From: a virus
Lineage: Duplodnaviria; Caudoviricetes
Virus record (IMG/VR): IMGVR_UViG_3300013131_000188
Span: 1 to 28,815 of that record
Direction: 5' to 3' (one strand)
DNA: 28,815 nt
A program made the position numbers and the translations under genes. The notes below the pieces were generated by a model, which ran no database searches, had not been told where the DNA came from, and saw only the letters and a list, made by a program, of their open reading frames with translations. This document shows, one piece after another, positions 24,833-28,815 of the stretch (position 1 is the stretch's first letter; the number at the start of each line of letters is the position of its first letter).

Positions 24833-24848
24833 ATTTTTGTTAGGCTAT

Positions 24849-25487
24849 ATGAAGACTATAGCGATATTTGTACATCACCCATTGTGTTCCGTGCAGTCCG
24901 TAAACGGAATCATACAGTCTTTATCCCCACACTATCGTTTTAAAATATTCACCAAGCACGACATAGAAGATACATACTTCAACGATGTAGACTGTGTATG
25001 TTTTCCAGGAGGTTTAGGTGATAGTGACAGATTTGATGTTGTTCTCGATAGGCATGTTGATCCCGTTCGCAGTTGGATCAAGAACGGTGGCAAGTACCTC
25101 GGGATTTGTTTGGGGGCTTATTGGGCTAGTCATTACTACTTTGATATTCTTGATCCAGGCACCAGAGTCGAACAATACATCAAACGCCCCAACTCAGACA
25201 CAAGACGCTCTCATGCCAAAGGACAGTTGGTCAGCTGGCAAGGGCAACTAGAACGAATGTATTTCTATGACGGCTGTGCTATTATTGGCGATAATATGGA
25301 CGTTGTGGCTACTTATAGCAACGGTGATCCTATGGCTGTTATACAAGGGCAAGTTGGGCTGATAGGTTGCCATCCGGAAAGCCAACAGGATTGGTATGAC
25401 TATTATTCTTGGATGCCTAGACATTGGCACCAGGGACGACACAATCAACTGCTGTTGAACTTCGTCAACAGACTATTTGGTGATTAG
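24849..25487 (+). CDS. BPL_N / class I glutamine-amidotransferase-like protein
   Basis: FPGGLGDSD, nucleophile elbow YLGICLGAY, FYDG and GCHPE motifs. Confidence 0.8.
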   Translation: MKTIAIFVHHPLCSVQSVNGIIQSLSPHYRFKIFTKHDIEDTYFNDVDCVCFPGGLGDSDRFDVVLDRHVDPVRSWIKNGGKYLGICLGAYWASHYYFDILDPGTRVEQYIKRPNSDTRRSHAKGQLVSWQGQLERMYFYDGCAIIGDNMDVVATYSNGDPMAVIQGQVGLIGCHPESQQDWYDYYSWMPRHWHQGRHNQLLLNFVNRLFGD

Positions 25488-26054
25488 ATCAAAAACTTCT
25501 TTCCAGTTCTTGACTCTAGGGATATCTGGATGTTCATAATCCATATTATGCCCGTGTTCCATCAGCAGAGATTTTAATCCCCGCTTTTGGCCTGCGACAG
25601 CATTGGTGATCTTATCTTCAATCCACCAATAACCCTTATCCTTATAAGCATCCAAGACATCGTCTTTGTCTGCGCCTGTTTCCAATATGATAAATTTGGT
25701 AAACGCAGTTTCCCCAAACAGTTTACGCAGATTCATCTTGCGTAGTTCCTGCGCATTTTCATCCGAACTCATACTTGTGATACAGTGAAACACGAAACCA
25801 TGTTCTTCGTGTAATCGTTTGACATAAAACATAGCATCACGCAGAGGAGGAAGGAATCCCATATGCGCAGATTCGTTAAACATTTTGATCAGCTTTTTAG
25901 CCTGATCCTTTTCGATGCCATAGCGTTTTCCTATGTTGTATTTGAATTGAGAATCTTCAGTTTTTTGAAAACCGTGCTGTTCCATCCATACCGAGAAAGC
26001 ATATTCCCAATCTAATAAGACACCGTCCGCGTCAGTTAAAATGATTTTTTTCAT
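25473..26054 (-). CDS. HAD-superfamily phosphatase (5'-nucleotidase-like)
   Basis: LTDADGVLLDW motif I, CITS motif II, K...WIEDK motif IV. Confidence 0.85.
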   Translation of the reverse strand: MKKIILTDADGVLLDWEYAFSVWMEQHGFQKTEDSQFKYNIGKRYGIEKDQAKKLIKMFNESAHMGFLPPLRDAMFYVKRLHEEHGFVFHCITSMSSDENAQELRKMNLRKLFGETAFTKFIILETGADKDDVLDAYKDKGYWWIEDKITNAVAGQKRGLKSLLMEHGHNMDYEHPDIPRVKNWKEVFDLITK

Positions 26055-26242
26055 ACTGTAATATCTACGTTTTGTCCTAGATTTTTTTCAAGTTCTCTTG
26101 CCCGCTGAGTGTTTTCTACTCTAAGTCTTTCGATGTGTTGTTGGTGATCAATTCTATTTTGGTAGAGATTTTGATCCTTAATATGGTTTAGATATAATTG
26201 ATATTCTTCAAAGTATTTGGCAGAGACTGAATTGATTTTCAT
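26051..26242 (-). CDS. Hypothetical protein (63 aa)
   Basis: Leaderless promoter upstream; ATGA coupling to the HAD gene; C-terminal LGQNVDITV. Confidence 0.7.
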   Translation of the reverse strand: MKINSVSAKYFEEYQLYLNHIKDQNLYQNRIDHQQHIERLRVENTQRARELEKNLGQNVDITV

Positions 26243-26248
26243 AGTGTT

Positions 26249-26277
26249 ATTATATACTCAGTTAATTAATTTGTCAA
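26249..26277 (-). promoter_or_regulatory. sigma70 leaderless promoter
   Basis: TTGACA-N17-TATAAT-N6-ATG. Confidence 0.85.
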
Positions 26278-26293
26278 TCTTTTGTGCAGAGCC

Positions 26294-26300
26294 ATAAATA
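26294..26300 (+). promoter_or_regulatory. T4-late-like box upstream of the aceA operon
   Basis: ATAAATA followed by RBS AAGGAG. Confidence 0.55.
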
Positions 26301-26324
26301 CTGGCACACACAAGGAGTATCAAA

Positions 26325-27599
26325 ATGGATAAACGTACACAGAGACAGCAGGCTCTACAACAAGATTGGGCCACAAACCCAAGATGGAACGGAATCAAAA
26401 GACCCTACACAGCAGAGGAAGTCGTGCGCCTACAAGGCTCAAAGACTTACCCAAATCAGTTTGCCGTCGAACAAGCCAATAAACTATGGCGACTATTAAA
26501 TGAAGAACCATATGTAAATACATTAGGAGCCTTGACAGGCCTGCAGGCCCTACAGCAGGTTAAAGCAGGATTAAAAGCCATATATCTTTCGGGATGGCAG
26601 GTTGCCGCAGATGCTAATTTGGCAGGTGATATGTATCCAGATCAGAGCCTATATCCAGCTGACTCTGTACCAGCAGTGGTTAAAAAGATTAATAACGCAT
26701 TTGCCAGAGCAGATCAAATATCATGGAGCGAAGGTAATGAGAGAGATTTCTACGCTCCTATAGTAGCAGATGCAGAAGCAGGATTCGGAGGTGTACTTAA
26801 TGCCTACGAACTTATGAAGGACATGATAGATGCAGGAGCGGCAGGAGTACACTTCGAAGACCAGCTGGCCTCAGCGAAAAAGTGTGGACACATGGGAGGA
26901 AAGGTCTTGGTACCTACAAAGGAAGCTGTCAACAAATTGGTGGCCGCTCGCCTTGCAGCTGACGTTATGGATGTTCCTACCCTCGTTATTGCTCGTACTG
27001 ATGCCGAAGCTGGTAATCTACTTACTAGTGATATTGATGATAATGACAGGCCTTTTCTTACTGGCGAACGTACTGTGGAAGGCTTCTATCGAACAAAGAA
27101 TGGATTGGAACAGGCAGTCAGCAGAGCAGTCGCTTATGCAAGTTACGCCGACCTTGTCTGGTGTGAAACAGGCCGACCTGATCTTAAGTTTGCAAGAGAA
27201 TTCGCAGAGAGAGTCTACAAGCACCATCCAAATAAAATGTTAGCCTATAATTGTTCACCTTCGTTTAACTGGAAGAAGAATCTAGATGACAACACTATCG
27301 CCAAGTTTCAACGTGAACTAGGCGCAATGGGATACAAGTTCCAGTTCATCACTTTAGCAGGTTTTCATAATCTAAATAATGGTATGTTTGAACTGGCCTA
27401 TGGCTATGCACGACAAGGTATGACTGCTTTTGTTGAAATGCAAGAACGTGAATTTGCCAATGCGGCCATAGGTTTTGAAGCAGTCAAACATCAACGCGAA
27501 GTAGGCACAGGCTACTTTGATCTGATAACTACTACTGTAGAGAAAGATGCTTCGACACAGGCTCTAAAAGGAAGCACAGAAGAGGAACAATTTCATTAA
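26325..27599 (+). CDS. aceA: Isocitrate lyase
   Basis: [26 protein letters not shown], signature [19 protein letters not shown], and C-terminal GSTEEEQFH. Confidence 0.98.
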   Translation: MDKRTQRQQALQQDWATNPRWNGIKRPYTAEEVVRLQGSKTYPNQFAVEQANKLWRLLNEEPYVNTLGALTGLQALQQVKAGLKAIYLSGWQVAADANLAGDMYPDQSLYPADSVPAVVKKINNAFARADQISWSEGNERDFYAPIVADAEAGFGGVLNAYELMKDMIDAGAAGVHFEDQLASAKKCGHMGGKVLVPTKEAVNKLVAARLAADVMDVPTLVIARTDAEAGNLLTSDIDDNDRPFLTGERTVEGFYRTKNGLEQAVSRAVAYASYADLVWCETGRPDLKFAREFAERVYKHHPNKMLAYNCSPSFNWKKNLDDNTIAKFQRELGAMGYKFQFITLAGFHNLNNGMFELAYGYARQGMTAFVEMQEREFANAAIGFEAVKHQREVGTGYFDLITTTVEKDASTQALKGSTEEEQFH

Positions 27600-28219
27600 T
27601 GTTAGAAACCATTTGCGATATTCTAGTAGAAGCATATAAACGCAATTGGATCACGAGTAGAGATGGCAACATCTCTATTCGTCATCACGACCGTGATCAC
27701 TTCTATGTAACTCCCAGTGGTGTGCGTAAACAGACTATGCAACCCGATCAATTTAAAAAAATCAAAATACTTTCTGATAGATATTGGGAAGAAATGATCT
27801 ATTCTGAAATCTCTTCAGGACTGCATCCTACAGGCGAAATGCCCTTGCATTTTGGGCTACAAAAAATGATACATACTGATGATGTTCGTGTAGTAACGCA
27901 TATTCATCCTACCTACATCGTGGCTGCGATGCATGCCGGTATCGAGTTAAGTGATCTGGTGAAACATTTTCCGGAACTTAGTAGATATACTAGAGTAGCA
28001 CCTAATGTAGGAGATGTTCCTCCTACATCGCAAGAACTAGGCGATCAATGCCATGAAAAGTTGGGTTTAAATCCTACGACTGGTGAGATTAAGTACGATA
28101 TCGTAGGTATCAAAGGGCATGGAGTTGTAGCCATAGATCAGTCTCCATGGAGATCCTTCGAACACATCGAGCGACTGGAACACATCTGTAAAATAGTTCT
28201 AGCTTCTGGGAACTACTAA
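27599..28219 (+). CDS. Class II aldolase/adducin family protein (FucA/MtnB-like)
   Basis: GNIS, VTPSG, PTGEMPLH, HIHPTY and GHGVV zinc motifs; TAATG coupling to aceA. Confidence 0.88.
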   Translation: MLETICDILVEAYKRNWITSRDGNISIRHHDRDHFYVTPSGVRKQTMQPDQFKKIKILSDRYWEEMIYSEISSGLHPTGEMPLHFGLQKMIHTDDVRVVTHIHPTYIVAAMHAGIELSDLVKHFPELSRYTRVAPNVGDVPPTSQELGDQCHEKLGLNPTTGEIKYDIVGIKGHGVVAIDQSPWRSFEHIERLEHICKIVLASGNY

Positions 28220-28815
28220 TGTTAACAATCATATATACCTTGGTGATGGTACAAATCACCATAGCTTGTGTTACTTTATATCTACATCGTAGCCAGGCAC
28301 ACAGAGCAGTGCAATTTTATCCTGCGGTCTCACATTTCATGAGATTTTGGTTATGGCTAACCACTGGTATGGTAACTAAAGAATGGGTGGCTATACATCG
28401 TAAACATCATCAGCGCAGCGACCAAGAAGGAGACCCGCATTCACCTCAGATATATGGTATCTGGCGTGTGCTGTTTGGCGGAGCACTGCTATATGTGCAG
28501 GCTGCGAAAAATAAAATACTTCTAGAGGAACTAGGCACAGGCACGCCCAACGACTGGATAGAAGAACACTTATATACCCCGCACAGTCGCCTAGGGATTC
28601 TCATAATGTTGATCATAGATCTTGCTCTTTTTGGCCCTGTGGGATTCGTGGTCTGGGGTGTTCAAATGCTGTGGATACCTTTCTGGGCAGCTGGAGTTAT
28701 CAACGGACTGAGCCATTGGTGGGGATATCGCAACACAGACACCAAAGACACTAGCCGTAATCTTTGGCCTTGGGCTGTATGGATAGGTGGTGAAGAACTG
28801 CATAATAATCATCAC
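28219..28815 (+). CDS. desA: Delta-9 fatty-acid (acyl-CoA) desaturase, 3' end runs off the window
   Basis: Missing from the ORF track. MLTIIYTLVMVQITIACVTLYLHRSQAH...WVAIHRKHH...DPHSP...GEELHNNHH gives three His boxes; TAATG coupling. Confidence 0.95.
   Translation, partial: MLTIIYTLVMVQITIACVTLYLHRSQAHRAVQFYPAVSHFMRFWLWLTTGMVTKEWVAIHRKHHQRSDQEGDPHSPQIYGIWRVLFGGALLYVQAAKNKILLEELGTGTPNDWIEEHLYTPHSRLGILIMLIIDLALFGPVGFVVWGVQMLWIPFWAAGVINGLSHWWGYRNTDTKDTSRNLWPWAVWIGGEELHNNHH

Noticed and set aside
28591-28815. Minus-strand 74-aa ORF
   Set aside because: It is antisense to the desaturase, which has three His boxes
1-28815. Stop-codon reassignment as seen in some large phages
   Set aside because: Known enzymes are full length in the standard code, TAA, TGA and TAG all end genes, and no suppressor tRNA was seen

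Overview
This is a gene-dense segment of a large lytic dsDNA phage, most likely a T4-like or jumbo myovirus of an aquatic proteobacterium; the taxonomy is inferred. Positions 1-4800 hold small minus-strand early genes (an AAA+ ATPase, a GIY-YIG-like protein, a BPSL0761-like protein and small membrane or Cys-pair peptides) under near-consensus sigma70 promoters, plus tRNA-Leu(TAA), tRNA-Arg(TCT) and tRNA-Ile2(CAT). A candidate replication origin lies at about 3100-3830, with a GATC cluster, an antisense promoter, 10-bp phased CACAC repeats and 18-bp direct repeats. The rest mixes three kinds of genes. Virion-type repeat proteins sit under T4-late-like TAAATA promoters. DNA metabolism genes include an ATP-dependent ligase, a beta-class MTase with a putative REase, an HNH nuclease, a thermonuclease and a HAD phosphatase. 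Host-takeover and auxiliary metabolic genes include TraR/DksA, YqgE, ClpP, a cupin, ALA synthase HemA, a BPL_N/GATase-like protein, isocitrate lyase, a class II aldolase and a Delta-9 desaturase. The most notable items are a phage-encoded ubiquitin-like protein directly upstream of a 956-aa structural protein with 12 C-x4-N-C repeats, an unannotated structured RNA candidate at 24738-24832, a missed metallothionein-like peptide, and the hemA plus aceA combination. All family assignments come from motif recognition by eye; no database searches were run.
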